DNA of 63,527 nt from an uncultured Mycoplasmatota bacterium (lineage in GTDB: Bacteria; Bacillota_I; Bacilli_A; RF39; UBA660), in assembly GCA_947166445.1 (NCBI GenBank), contig CAMVED010000005.1:1-63527 (forward strand). The letters run 5' to 3'. A program made the position numbers and the translations under genes. The notes under the pieces were generated by a model that worked only from the letters and a program-made list of their open reading frames with translations, did not search any database and was not told the origin of the DNA. How positions within the stretch are numbered: position 1 is the first letter of the stretch; every line of letters starts with the position of its first letter. Positions 21,514 through 32,420 of the stretch are shown in pieces.

Positions 21514-22053
21514 TTATCTTTTTAGAACTTTTGTTTTTTTATTTATGCGTTCTTCCATTTTAACTCGTGGATTTTTATACGCTAAAACGTTGTACATTTC
21601 CATAAATGCTTCATTAGCAGGAGCATATTTACTATCACTATTTTTTATTTTTATTCTATAATTGTCATTTTTTCCTTTTTTGAAAACTATTTTAATACTA
21701 TCCTCTTCTTTGTACATTTGAAGTAAACTTGCTTCTTCGCTATCTTCGTCAGAGTACCAATTAACAATATTACCATCAGTTAGTAAACATTCTTCATTGT
21801 CAGAGAACAGATCACATTCAATTAATTCCTCATATAATGTGTTAAACACATTAAACAAATAATAGTTTTCTCTTGTAATTTTATATGTGGCATCTTCTTC
21901 TTGATAATTCTTATGAACAGGGTTCAAATATAAATCTGAATTTTTTTCACGAATAATTACAAAAGTACCATCATCAGTATTAATAATTATATTTTCACCA
22001 AACTGAGTGTTTATAGTGTAATAATTAAACATAAAATCCTCCTTACTTATCAT
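21514..22053 (-). CDS. Hypothetical protein
   Basis: Open frame in operon orientation; no motif recognised. Confidence 0.55.
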   Translation of the reverse strand: MISKEDFMFNYYTINTQFGENIIINTDDGTFVIIREKNSDLYLNPVHKNYQEEDATYKITRENYYLFNVFNTLYEELIECDLFSDNEECLLTDGNIVNWYSDEDSEEASLLQMYKEEDSIKIVFKKGKNDNYRIKIKNSDSKYAPANEAFMEMYNVLAYKNPRVKMEERINKKTKVLKR

Positions 22054-22074
22054 CTTTTTCTTTATTTTTAGATT

Positions 22075-23088
22075 TTAATCTCTAAAATAAATACCTTTAT
22101 CACTGTTTTCTGATAAAGCGATATCAGGTTTTCTTTTAAGTATTTTTAAGTATTTATCTGGTATTTGTTTATTTAATCCAAACATTACTGAATATATTAA
22201 AAAATCATCCCACAATTGTATTTCTTCTTTTGCTTTATTATCTAAACTACTAAAATCTTTTATATAGTTTTTTAATCCTTGTAATTTAAAATAAATATTT
22301 TTTCCATCATCTAACAATTTAAACTTAACTAGTTTTTCTCCGGAAGAAATTGAAACTTTCACAAGAATAACTATAGGAAAAACTATTATTAATAAAACTA
22401 TAATTATGAATGCAATATATAGTAATCCAACTTTAACTTGATCAGATAAACGCAAAGTAAAAATTGCAACAAAGCATCCTATCATCACGAAGAACATTGG
22501 AACTGTAACTTTTCTCATATTTTTAAAAATATCAGCAAAATACAAGTTTTTTTCTTGGTTTGATATTGTTTCGATCAATCCATCCTCAATGCATTCAGCC
22601 TCAACAATTCTTTCAAGAGCCGGTTCATCTAATTCATCTAAGTATCCATCTTTTATACTACTTAAAAGATACTTTTCTGATTTTGTTAATTTTAAATTAC
22701 TATAATCCAAAGCAATAATTTTTTCGCCATCTATTTTTAGTGCATTTAATCTTTCTAATTTTAATAACATTGCCACAATATCATTAAAATAGGAAAACTC
22801 AAAGCCATCAATAAAACTAAGTTCTGCTATAGAATACTTTTTTATAATATCTCTGAAATAACTCTTATTTTGTTCAAAACTCAAATTATTAATTTTATAA
22901 CGAATCATATCTCTATGTACTCTAGATATGATATAATATACGCCATATGCTATTACAAAGATTAAGGCTACTAATAATCCAGTTTTGTTCTCGTCATCTG
23001 GATATCCAAATAATAGTATACAAATAATGTATAATAAAACTACAATGTATAATATAATACCCCTTATATTTTTCATAAATACCTCCAC
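22075..23088 (-). CDS. DUF2207-like membrane protein
   Basis: TM pairs; C-terminal GLKNYIKDFS...LWDDFLIYSVMFG. Confidence 0.65.
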   Translation of the reverse strand: MEVFMKNIRGIILYIVVLLYIICILLFGYPDDENKTGLLVALIFVIAYGVYYIISRVHRDMIRYKINNLSFEQNKSYFRDIIKKYSIAELSFIDGFEFSYFNDIVAMLLKLERLNALKIDGEKIIALDYSNLKLTKSEKYLLSSIKDGYLDELDEPALERIVEAECIEDGLIETISNQEKNLYFADIFKNMRKVTVPMFFVMIGCFVAIFTLRLSDQVKVGLLYIAFIIIVLLIIVFPIVILVKVSISSGEKLVKFKLLDDGKNIYFKLQGLKNYIKDFSSLDNKAKEEIQLWDDFLIYSVMFGLNKQIPDKYLKILKRKPDIALSENSDKGIYFRD

Positions 23089-23124
23089 TACTTTTCTTTA
23101 CTACATTATAGCACTTTTTTAAGT

Positions 23125-25671
23125 CTACTTATCATCTTTTTCTTTTGAAATAATTTCTTTTTTTAGATTATCTATTATATTTAGTGCTTCAATTGGAGTT
23201 ATTTCAAGTGTGTTTATTTTCTTTATTTTTTCTTCTATTTCATTTTCTTTTTTAGGTTCAAAATCTAAGAATAAACTTGTTTGTGTATAAACCTCTTTTT
23301 TTGTTTCTTGTTTTTCATAAACATCTAATATTTCTTTTGCTCTTGTGATTACTTTGTTTGGCAAATTTACTAATGATGCTACATGAATACCATAACTTTT
23401 ATCAACCGCTCCCTCTTTTACTTTATGCAAGAAGATAATTTTTTCATCTTCTTCTTTAGCACTTACATGAACATTTTTTAAATTTCTTAAGTTTTGTTCT
23501 AGAGATGTCAATTCATGATAGTGAGTTGAGAAAAGTGTCTTTGCTTTTATATTATCATGAATGTATTCTAGAATTGATTGTGCTAGGCTCATACCGTCAT
23601 ATGTAGCAGTACCTCTACCTAATTCATCAAAAAGGATTAAGCTGTTTTTGGTAGCATTACTTACTGCGTAATTTGCTTCTTTCATTTCTACCATGAAAGT
23701 ACTTTCACCGCTTACTAAGTCATCACTAGCACCGATTCTTGTAAATATATTATCAAATATAGGAAGTACCGCTTTTTTACATGGAACAAATGATCCAATT
23801 TGATTTAGTATTACACAAATAGCTAGCATTCTCATATATGTTGATTTCCCACTCATGTTTGGCCCTGTTATTAATAAAATATTTGTTTTTTCATCCATTA
23901 TTACATCATTTGGAACATAATCTTTTTTAGATACAACTTCTACTACTGGATGTCTTCCTTCTTTGATTAACACACTATGTTTATCAGTTATTTCAGGTTT
24001 TACAAAATTGTATGATTCTGCTACTACTGCGAGTGATAAAATAACATCAAGTTCACTTAATACTGCTGCTACTTCTTGTATTTGTGGAATGTATTCTTTT
24101 GTTTTATTTCTTATATCTAGAAACAATTCATATTCAAGATTTATTATTTTGTCTTCAGCATTTAAAATTAGATCTTCTTGTTCTTTTAATTTTGGAGTAA
24201 TAAATCTTTCTGCGTTAGCTAATGTTTGTTTTCTTTCATAACCGAATTCTTCTTTGACGTTTGCACTTTGTCCTTTACTTATTTCAATATAATAACCAAA
24301 GACTCTGTTATATCCTACTTTTAAGTTTTTAATTCCAGTTCTTTCTTTTTCTTCTTGTTCTATTTGAAGAATAAAGTCTTTACCACCACTAGACAGCTTT
24401 CTTAAATTATCTAATTCTTCATTATAACCTTCTTTTATTATATTTCCTTCTTTTACATAGATTGGAGGATCTTCTTTTATGGATTTTTCAAGTAAATTAT
24501 GAAGGTCTTCTAAAGTGTCAAATTTTTTGTCATAGTTAATATTATCCAATATTTTCTTAATATCAGGTAATGTACTTAATGAATTTTTTAACCATATTAA
24601 GTCTCTACCATTAACATTACCATAGGCAATTCTACCTGATAATCTTTCTAAGTCATATACATTATTTAATAATTCTCTTAGTTCTTCTTTATAGATGAAT
24701 TCGGTTAAAAATGTTGATATAAGGTTTTGTCTTCTTAATATTTGTTCTTTATTTATTAAAGGATTTTCTATATAACTTTTTAATGTTCTAGAACCCATCG
24801 CTGTTTTTGTTTTATCTAAGAACCAAAGTAAAGAATATGTTCTTTCTTTTAATCTCAGTGTTTCGGTTAGTTCTAGATTTCTTTTGGTATGGATATCTAA
24901 ATTTAATGTATCCATTTTTTTATTATGGATTACTTTTTGTAAGTGAGATAGATCTCCCTTTTTTGTATCTTCAATATAGAAAAGTAAATGTTTTACTGAG
25001 GTAATTAATCTTTGATCTTCTAAATCTTTATATATATAACTATAGTTTTCAGAAAGATCATTACTAATTGTTACTAGTATTTGGTAGTTTTCTCTTAGAG
25101 TGTTTATTATTTCTCTATTAATCTTGGAATTAACTAACACTTCTTTTAATTCAAGTCTTAATACTTCATTTACTATTTTTTCTTTGTCATAATCTATTAG
25201 TTCTGTATGAAAAGATCCTGTAGAGATATCAGCATAGCTTAGCGCATAGCAATGATCAAAGTCATAAATACTTCCAATGTAGTTGTTATTTTTTTCATCA
25301 AGTGATGAATTATCCATTATTGTTCCTTTCGTAACTACTTGTGTTATTCCGCGCTCTACTACTCCTTTGCCTGGAGGTGTTAATTGTTCACAAATAGCAA
25401 CTTTATAACCTTTTTCAACAAGTTTTTGTAAATAACTTTCATAAGCGTGAAAAGGAATACCACACATTGGAACTCTTTCTTCAAGACCTGCATTTCTTCC
25501 TGTTAGGGCGAGTTCTAACTCTTTTGAACCTGTTATGGCATCTTCAAAGAACATTTCATAGAAATCCCCAAGTCTATAAAATATTATTGTATCTTCATAT
25601 TTATCTTTTATACTCATGTATTGTGCCATCATTGGTGATAATTTTGTTCTGTCTACTTCGCTTCTTTTCAT
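23125..25671 (-). CDS. mutS: DNA mismatch repair protein MutS
   Basis: SPMMAQY, GDFYEMFF, GPNMSGKSTY, STFMVEM, DELGRGT, FSTHYHEL. Confidence 0.97.
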   Translation of the reverse strand: MKRSEVDRTKLSPMMAQYMSIKDKYEDTIIFYRLGDFYEMFFEDAITGSKELELALTGRNAGLEERVPMCGIPFHAYESYLQKLVEKGYKVAICEQLTPPGKGVVERGITQVVTKGTIMDNSSLDEKNNNYIGSIYDFDHCYALSYADISTGSFHTELIDYDKEKIVNEVLRLELKEVLVNSKINREIINTLRENYQILVTISNDLSENYSYIYKDLEDQRLITSVKHLLFYIEDTKKGDLSHLQKVIHNKKMDTLNLDIHTKRNLELTETLRLKERTYSLLWFLDKTKTAMGSRTLKSYIENPLINKEQILRRQNLISTFLTEFIYKEELRELLNNVYDLERLSGRIAYGNVNGRDLIWLKNSLSTLPDIKKILDNINYDKKFDTLEDLHNLLEKSIKEDPPIYVKEGNIIKEGYNEELDNLRKLSSGGKDFILQIEQEEKERTGIKNLKVGYNRVFGYYIEISKGQSANVKEEFGYERKQTLANAERFITPKLKEQEDLILNAEDKIINLEYELFLDIRNKTKEYIPQIQEVAAVLSELDVILSLAVVAESYNFVKPEITDKHSVLIKEGRHPVVEVVSKKDYVPNDVIMDEKTNILLITGPNMSGKSTYMRMLAICVILNQIGSFVPCKKAVLPIFDNIFTRIGASDDLVSGESTFMVEMKEANYAVSNATKNSLILFDELGRGTATYDGMSLAQSILEYIHDNIKAKTLFSTHYHELTSLEQNLRNLKNVHVSAKEEDEKIIFLHKVKEGAVDKSYGIHVASLVNLPNKVITRAKEILDVYEKQETKKEVYTQTSLFLDFEPKKENEIEEKIKKINTLEITPIEALNIIDNLKKEIISKEKDDK

Positions 25672-25779
25672 AATATAACACCTTTTTTTATTGTATCAAA
25701 AATTGTATTTTTTTGCTATTAAAATATAAAAAATAGTCTAAAATCTAAATAGACTATTTAATGGTAATCATAGAAAAAA

Positions 25780-26451
25780 TTAATATTCCTCATAAAAATT
25801 ATTAATACTGTTATTATTGTTTCTTTTTCTTATTACTACTAATATAATTACACCTGCAATAGTAGTCAGAGATAGTATTACTATAATAGGTTTATAGGAA
25901 AATGAATTACTATCAGCATTTTTGTTTTGTTTTCCCATTTCCATACTTATATATAAATCTTCATCTATTTCATCCCATATATATTTATTACCATCTTTTA
26001 ATGCGTTAGAATCAATAACATTTATACTGGTTTCAAATGTAATAGATATATTGTCTGCGATATTAGAGCAATAAAATGGTGAGGTAGCAGAAAAATATGT
26101 TTCTGTTTTTTCTTTTTCTATATAAGTTCTAGTAAAGCATTTATTTATTAATTTACTATTTACAATTTCATTACAATTATAGTCGCTGTGAAGTGTTACT
26201 ATTGTGTTATTAAGATAGCTAGATATTTTTTTGTCATAAAGATTAGTATTATTTATATCAAAATATATTTTATTGTTTATGATGTCTTTTAAATAACTAT
26301 TAGTTGTTTTTTTTTCAATGTTATAAGTAATTGTTTCGTGGCACACAGCATTATCATCCATTATTAAATTATAATTTAGACTGCTAGCACTAACACTATC
26401 AAAGCATGTGATAGTTAGACAAAATACTATTAAAAAAACTGTTTTTTTCAT
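25780..26451 (-). CDS. Hypothetical secreted/membrane-anchored protein
   Basis: N-terminal signal peptide and C-terminal TM followed by a basic tail. Confidence 0.6.
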   Translation of the reverse strand: MKKTVFLIVFCLTITCFDSVSASSLNYNLIMDDNAVCHETITYNIEKKTTNSYLKDIINNKIYFDINNTNLYDKKISSYLNNTIVTLHSDYNCNEIVNSKLINKCFTRTYIEKEKTETYFSATSPFYCSNIADNISITFETSINVIDSNALKDGNKYIWDEIDEDLYISMEMGKQNKNADSNSFSYKPIIVILSLTTIAGVIILVVIRKRNNNNSINNFYEEY

Positions 26452-26470
26452 AATATAATCTCCATTTCAT

Positions 26471-27469
26471 TTATTTAAGATGTGCTAAAATACATACCTT
26501 TTTTTTGCCACTTATAATATGCCTACTTACTGTTTTATTTTTAACAGCAGTATGTCCGGCATCTGCAAATATATACTTCCCTTTGTCGTTTTGTCCTATA
26601 TACATTGTAGTATGTCTGTAATCGCATGTTCCAATGGCATCACCTGGAGTAAGTGCTCCACTTGATACTAGTGATTTAATTGTCTTGTGGTCTGGTTTAC
26701 TGAGTGATATTTTACCTCCACTAGTTAATGTTTTTTTGTGGTGTATCTCTGTTTTATCAAACCAAAAACATTTTTTATCCTTAGCTATAACGCCAGCATC
26801 TTTATAGATCCAGCATACTGCTAGAGCACAATTTGTCTTATATAATTTATCCTTAATTGCAGCATCATAAGTTGATGAAAATGGTGAATTATTACTATAG
26901 ACAAAATCATGACTGTCTATTCCTCCACCAACCTTTTGCACAGATTGCAATACTGTTTGAGATAAAGTAGTATTAACAGTTCCAGGTGTTTCAGATGATG
27001 AAGAACTATCTTTAGATCTATTTTTAGCTTGTTCCCTTAACTCTTTTAACTGTTGTTGTTTAGCAGCTTTATTTGCTTTAGCTGCTTCAATTAATTTTTG
27101 TCTGTCTGCTTCATATGCAATGAGTTTTTCTTTTTCTGCTTGAACTAAAGTTTCCACAACATCATCTGTTGCATTTGTATAACAATCTGTCCAAGATGTA
27201 CCTAAATCTCCAAGAATAGAAAACGATGCTTCTACAATGATAGGCACAAAAAACACTACTAAACTCACAATTATTCTTTTTATAGCTACCTTTTGGGCTT
27301 TTTTTATATCGTCATCACTATTAGCTACCACTGCTTTTGTTATATCTATTGTAATTAATAAAACTAATAATGCTGGTACTATATATGATATTATTTGAAC
27401 TAATTTTTTAATAAATAATATTGTTGCTAAAAAGCTTGCATCTTGACACACAGATTCCAATATTAACAT
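26471..27469 (-). CDS. Membrane protein: pilin-like two-TM N-terminus, coiled coil, putative NlpC/P60-like Cys-His amidase domain
   Basis: TM hairpin ..KRIIVSLVVFFVP; C-terminal NCALAVCW and GDAIG..HTTMYIG. Confidence 0.5.
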   Translation of the reverse strand: MLILESVCQDASFLATILFIKKLVQIISYIVPALLVLLITIDITKAVVANSDDDIKKAQKVAIKRIIVSLVVFFVPIIVEASFSILGDLGTSWTDCYTNATDDVVETLVQAEKEKLIAYEADRQKLIEAAKANKAAKQQQLKELREQAKNRSKDSSSSSETPGTVNTTLSQTVLQSVQKVGGGIDSHDFVYSNNSPFSSTYDAAIKDKLYKTNCALAVCWIYKDAGVIAKDKKCFWFDKTEIHHKKTLTSGGKISLSKPDHKTIKSLVSSGALTPGDAIGTCDYRHTTMYIGQNDKGKYIFADAGHTAVKNKTVSRHIISGKKKVCILAHLK

Positions 27470-27550
27470 TTTATCACCTACTATTCTATAGTATACTAAT
27501 TATTATCGTAAAAAACAAGTATGATAAAAAATAAAAATATATAAAGTATA

Positions 27551-28273
27551 CTACTTTTTACAATAATAAACTCTTTCGTTTTCATCATCTGCTAATATTG
27601 CGCGAAATCTATTTTTACTTGCTCTAACTTTTATTTTATAAGTAACATTAGTATCATCCCATTTATTTACTAAATCACCATGTTCGTATTTTTCTAAAGG
27701 ATTAAGCACAATAGTATGATTATCATCTTCTTCAAATGAATATATACCTTTTATATAATTTTTTTCATTGTTATATTCTGTAATTATAAATTTTTTATCA
27801 TTATCTAAAGTTAATATTAATTTATAATCACTACTTAATACTTTTTCTCCATTTTTACATTTCCATTCTCCTAAAACTTCTTCTTGTTCTATTTCGTTTG
27901 AAATATGTTGGCTTATATTATCGCTAGCATAATTATCTACTGCTATCACTAGTAGTACTATTGATGCTATAAAAACTAATACAGATACTATCATAGCAAT
28001 ACCATTTAGAATTATACCCGATACTTTTTTACCATTTTGAGCTTTGTTAACAATACCTAAAATTAATCCTACTAATGCTAGTGGAAATATAAATAAACTT
28101 ATTAAGAATGCAAAGATTAGGGAGATGATTCCTATTACCGTTGATGCTGTTCCTAAACCTTCTTTATTGCTTTTATTATTAATTACTTCTTTATCTGATT
28201 GATGTTTTCCACACTTTGGGCAATAATCATCATTTTTATCCATTTCTTGTCCACAGTATTTACAATATTTCAT
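27551..28273 (-). CDS. Zinc-ribbon / DUF4190-like membrane protein
   Basis: MKYCKYCG...YCPKCG; TM segments GIISL...GLILGIV. Confidence 0.7.
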   Translation of the reverse strand: MKYCKYCGQEMDKNDDYCPKCGKHQSDKEVINNKSNKEGLGTASTVIGIISLIFAFLISLFIFPLALVGLILGIVNKAQNGKKVSGIILNGIAMIVSVLVFIASIVLLVIAVDNYASDNISQHISNEIEQEEVLGEWKCKNGEKVLSSDYKLILTLDNDKKFIITEYNNEKNYIKGIYSFEEDDNHTIVLNPLEKYEHGDLVNKWDDTNVTYKIKVRASKNRFRAILADDENERVYYCKK

Positions 28274-28281
28274 AAAATCAC

Positions 28282-29568
28282 CTATTTTATTTTTTCTATT
28301 TTTTCTTTATTTCCCATATATGGCCTTAAAACTTCAGGGATTGTGATGCTTCCATCTTCGTTATAGTTGTTTTCTATTAAAGCTATAAGTGCTCTTGTTG
28401 ATGCTAGTACTGTATTGTTAAGTGTGTGCGGATGATAGTTGCATTTTTCTCCTTTTACTCTTATTCCAAGTCTTCTAGATTGAGCATCACCAAGAGTACT
28501 ACAACTTCCTACTTCAAAATACTTTTGTTGTCTTGGTGACCACGCTTCAACGTCTACTGATTTTACTTTTAGATCCGCAAGATCCCCAGAACAACATTCA
28601 AGTGTCCTTACTGGTATATTCATGTTTCTAAATATTTCTACTGTATATTTCCACATTTTATTATACCAATCCATGCTGTCTTCTGGTTCACAAAGAACTA
28701 TCATTTCTTGTTTTTCAAATTGATGTACTCTATAAATTCCGCGTTCTTCGATACCATGTGCTCCGACTTCTTTTCTAAAGCATGGTGAATAAGATGTCAT
28801 TGTTATAGGAAGTTCATCTTTCTTTAGAATTTGCCCCATAAACTTAGCAATCATTGGATGTTCACTAGTTCCTACTAAAAACAAATCTTCACCTTCAATT
28901 TTGTATACCATGGCATCTCTTTCTTCGAATGACATAACTTCATCAATTGCTTCCTCTCTAAGCATAAAAGGTGGTATGCAATATGTAAATCCTTTTTCTA
29001 TCATGTAATCTCTAGCATAGTTGAGCATTGCAGTTGATAGTCTTGCAGCATCCCCCATTAGATAGTAAAAACCATTGCCTGTGGTTCTTCCTGAGGATAC
29101 TTTATCAAGTCCTTTTATACTTTCTAATATATCTGCGTGGTAAGGCACCTCATAACTTGGAACTTTAGGTTCTCCATATTTTTCGAGTTCTACATTTTTA
29201 GTATCATCTTCTCCGACTGGTACACTTTCATCCATAATATTTGGTATAACCATCATTATTTCTCTTATTCTTGTATTTATACTATTTTCTTTGTCTTCAA
29301 GTTCCTTAATTTGATCGTTTATTTTTGTGACTTCTTCTTTAATTAAATTTGCTTTTTCTATTTCTTTGTTTCTCATTAATGTGCCAATTTCTTCACTTTT
29401 TTCTTTTCTTTCATTACGAAGATTATCTCCTTCGAGTTTTAAACTTCTTGTTTTTTTATCTAAATCAAATACTTCATCTACTAATGAAAGTTTTTGATTT
29501 TGAAATTTTTTCTTTATATTTTCCTTTACTAAGTCTTTGTTTTCTCTAATTAATTTAATATCTATCAT
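28282..29568 (-). CDS. serS: Serine--tRNA ligase
   Basis: [43 protein letters not shown]. Confidence 0.97.
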   Translation of the reverse strand: MIDIKLIRENKDLVKENIKKKFQNQKLSLVDEVFDLDKKTRSLKLEGDNLRNERKEKSEEIGTLMRNKEIEKANLIKEEVTKINDQIKELEDKENSINTRIREIMMVIPNIMDESVPVGEDDTKNVELEKYGEPKVPSYEVPYHADILESIKGLDKVSSGRTTGNGFYYLMGDAARLSTAMLNYARDYMIEKGFTYCIPPFMLREEAIDEVMSFEERDAMVYKIEGEDLFLVGTSEHPMIAKFMGQILKKDELPITMTSYSPCFRKEVGAHGIEERGIYRVHQFEKQEMIVLCEPEDSMDWYNKMWKYTVEIFRNMNIPVRTLECCSGDLADLKVKSVDVEAWSPRQQKYFEVGSCSTLGDAQSRRLGIRVKGEKCNYHPHTLNNTVLASTRALIALIENNYNEDGSITIPEVLRPYMGNKEKIEKIK

Positions 29569-29819
29569 AATTTTATCTCTCCTTTTTCTATTTCTATTTC
29601 TTCAAATCTATATTTTTGTTTCACATTTGGATACTTTTTATGATCTACCTCCGAGAGAAACATATCTAAGGGTCTAGCACATAATGATAAATCTCCATAT
29701 AAATGTCTATATATTACTAGATTTTCACCTGTTTCACTATGTTTAGCTATATCTATTGTTAGATACAAATCACCTTTGAAATGTTTATAAATATGATTTA
29801 GTTTTAGTTTTCTTTCCAT
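29565..29819 (-). CDS. DUF1653 domain protein
   Basis: YKHFKG..Y...[16 protein letters not shown]...ARPLDMFLS; start at MERK after SD GGAGG. Confidence 0.85.
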   Translation of the reverse strand: MERKLKLNHIYKHFKGDLYLTIDIAKHSETGENLVIYRHLYGDLSLCARPLDMFLSEVDHKKYPNVKQKYRFEEIEIEKGEIKL

Positions 29820-29832
29820 ATTTCCTCCTTTA

Positions 29833-29995
29833 AACAAAAAAAGGATAACACTTAAGGAGTGCTAAAAAGCACGGTGCCATCCTTTATTTTACTTAATTTG
29901 ATAACGGTTTATACCGGAGCAAATGCCCTTCTTAAAGAGTAGATTCACAAAAATTATTTATATCAGTTTTCACCAAACACTGACTCTCTACAATA
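29833..29995 (-). promoter_or_regulatory. T-box riboswitch, serine specifier
   Basis: Minus strand: AGAGA..GGTGAAA stem I, GAA-UCU-A specifier (Ser), T-box AAGGATGGCACCGTG, then a terminator hairpin and U-run. Confidence 0.85.
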
Positions 29996-30069
29996 AACTT
30001 TTCTTTATTACTTGTCTCTTATTTGAATTTCTAAGGTTATTTTAACAAATTATTTTTATTTTGTAAATG

Positions 30070-30984
30070 TTATCTTCTATTTTTACCAATTATTTCTATA
30101 TCATTTGTTAGAAGTTTTACTCTTTCTATTATTCTTCTTGCTTTTACTTTATCACTTTTATCTTTAGTTACTGCTAAATTATTTTCTAATTCTTCAATAT
30201 TTAGGTTTGAGGTAAAAAATGTTGGTAAGTTTTCATTTGCTCTATATTGAAGAAGTGTTCCAAGTATTTCATCTCTACCCCATGCAGTTACGTTTTCTGC
30301 TCCAATATCATCTATGAGAAGAAATGGTACTGTTTTTATATATTCGTACTTAGTGCTGAAGGTTGCTTCTTCTGGATCACTATTCTTGAATGACGCTTTT
30401 AATGTTCTTAAAAATTCTGGAAAATAGATAATAGCACTTTTTTCGCCTTTTTTAGCAAGTTCATTAAATAGTGCTGCAATTAAATAAGTTTTTCCTGTAC
30501 CAAAGTTTCCGTGAAGATATAAACCTTTCATTTCTTCTTTTTTATAGTTTTCTAAATACTTTAATATATATTTAATAGCTTCAGTTCTAGAATTATCATC
30601 TGTATAAATATCTTTTATCTTTGCCTCTTGTAGAACTTTAGGCATATCAAATAGATTTAAATTCTCTTTATATTTATTTCTTTCAATATCTTTTTTCTTA
30701 TATCTACAAGCTTTATAAGAAAAAGTAATACTTTCTCCATCTACTTCAGGCAAGTTACAATAACCATTTACTTCGTTTTTACATTCTTCTAAACCTTTAC
30801 ATTTCATACAGTGTTCTAACTCTATAGTAGAGTTTTCAATACTCGAAGTATGTTTATATAATTCTTTTTGATCAATTTTTAATTTATTGACTATACTTCT
30901 GAAAGTTTCATCATTAAGTTTTTCCTTGAAATTTCTTTCTAAATTTTCATCTCTTTTTTCTATAAGGTTTCTTATTTGTTTCAT
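30070..30984 (-). CDS. dnaI: Primosomal helicase loader DnaI
   Basis: N-terminal Zn Cys (HCMKC..C), GNFGTGKT, LLIDDIGAE, FFTSN, ARRIIERV. Confidence 0.92.
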   Translation of the reverse strand: MKQIRNLIEKRDENLERNFKEKLNDETFRSIVNKLKIDQKELYKHTSSIENSTIELEHCMKCKGLEECKNEVNGYCNLPEVDGESITFSYKACRYKKKDIERNKYKENLNLFDMPKVLQEAKIKDIYTDDNSRTEAIKYILKYLENYKKEEMKGLYLHGNFGTGKTYLIAALFNELAKKGEKSAIIYFPEFLRTLKASFKNSDPEEATFSTKYEYIKTVPFLLIDDIGAENVTAWGRDEILGTLLQYRANENLPTFFTSNLNIEELENNLAVTKDKSDKVKARRIIERVKLLTNDIEIIGKNRR

Positions 30985-31049
30985 AGTACCACCTGTAAAA
31001 ATTGTAACATATAAAAAGTGATTTGTTAACAAATCACTTTAAAAAATGG

Positions 31050-31817
31050 CTATTTTCTAATACTTATTATTTTATCTAAGGAGTTTAGCTCTAAAAGTTC
31101 ACTTTTACACTTTTCAATTTCTTCTAATAAAGATTGTTCTTGTAACTCTAAATCTTTTCTTGTTTTATAAACATAATCATACTTTTGTTCCAGAGTTTCA
31201 ATTTTATTTAGTAAACCCTTACTTTTTAACAACAATTCTTTATGATAAATATCTAATTCATTGTTATCAAGATTATCACTATTAATCAAATCAGATATAA
31301 TATCGGAACAAAAATTAGTTAAATCTATTACATGTTTTCTATTATACCTATGGCTATTATTCCAATTAAGAACTTGATTAGTCGTAATACTTATAACATC
31401 TCTTAATGTTATAACATCGTTTGCAGTTATATTCTCTCTAATCAAGTTTAAACTCTTAGGAGGAATATTTAAATCAAGTATATTCATGTCGAGATCAATT
31501 TTACCTTCTTGTTTAAATTTATCTCTATAGTATGAAAAAGTTGCAATTCTTCCAATTTCTTTTGCATAATTAGTCCAAGAAGCACTTGGATAAATCCCAG
31601 TATTTCTATAATGTAGATAGGAAATAGATTTATCACTATTTGGAAACATTTCACTGATAACTGAAAAAAATTTGGCCTTCATATAGTTATTAATAGAACC
31701 AGTTTCATCACAAAACACAGCATTGTTATAAAAATATTTGTTGTTTGAAATGCCAGTTTCGATCATTTTAACTATGGTTCTGTAAAACTTAGCACGTTCT
31801 AATTCATAATTTGCCAT
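31050..31817 (-). CDS. Hypothetical protein with possible RNAP alpha-CTD-like segment and C-terminal coiled coil
   Basis: LDMNILDLNIPPKSLNLI..VITLRDVI resembles the alpha-CTD pattern (weak); start at MANYE after GGGGG. Confidence 0.5.
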   Translation of the reverse strand: MANYELERAKFYRTIVKMIETGISNNKYFYNNAVFCDETGSINNYMKAKFFSVISEMFPNSDKSISYLHYRNTGIYPSASWTNYAKEIGRIATFSYYRDKFKQEGKIDLDMNILDLNIPPKSLNLIRENITANDVITLRDVISITTNQVLNWNNSHRYNRKHVIDLTNFCSDIISDLINSDNLDNNELDIYHKELLLKSKGLLNKIETLEQKYDYVYKTRKDLELQEQSLLEEIEKCKSELLELNSLDKIISIRK

Positions 31818-31830
31818 TTTAAGGCCCCCA

Positions 31831-32307
31831 TTAAATAAAGGTAAACTCTGCATATGCTGAAATACCTCCTAAAGCATTGATATCTTCTTGACTTATATTA
31901 AGAACTATTTTATATGTACTATCCTCATTTGAATTAATAGTTGTTTTAAATAAAACACCTTCTTCTTTTACTATACCTTGTTTTACTATAGTATTATTTT
32001 TTAATATAGTGTAATTCATATAATTGTACGGATAAGCTTCATTAGTATTATTTAGTACAAATGATACATCTTGTTTTTTATGAGAAACATTTCTTATTTG
32101 TACACTGTGTTCTTCTTTTAAACCTGAACTTTTATCAATTTTATTATCTAATTCCGCTACTGTAAAACCTGGCATGTTATTAATAATAGCATTTGCCTCA
32201 TTGTAACTTGCTTTAACATTATTTCTTATCATAGAGAAAAATACTACAAAAACTATTACTAGGATAATTCTACATACCCTATACATTATCTCATTTTTCA
32301 TTTCCAA
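31831..32307 (-). CDS. Hypothetical exported protein
   Basis: N-terminal TM/signal, beta-rich remainder. Confidence 0.55.
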   Translation of the reverse strand: MEMKNEIMYRVCRIILVIVFVVFFSMIRNNVKASYNEANAIINNMPGFTVAELDNKIDKSSGLKEEHSVQIRNVSHKKQDVSFVLNNTNEAYPYNYMNYTILKNNTIVKQGIVKEEGVLFKTTINSNEDSTYKIVLNISQEDINALGGISAYAEFTFI

Positions 32308-32378
32308 AACCCCTCTTAAAAATGTGGCATTATTATAACATATTTTTGGGAAAATGTCAATGATCAGGGCATTTTAAA

Positions 32379-32406
32379 CAAAAAAGCAACCAATTAATGA
32401 TTGCTT
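32379..32406 (-). terminator. Intrinsic terminator closing the peptide-rSAM-PqqD-aspS-aspS operon
   Basis: Minus strand AAGCAA...TTGCTT hairpin followed by a T-run, just past the second aspS stop. Confidence 0.6.
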
Positions 32407-32420
32407 CTAATTTTTTATAA

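Noticed and set aside
23125-25671. mutS without adjacent mutL
   Set aside because: mutL may be elsewhere in the genome; it cannot be judged from this window and separation is common.
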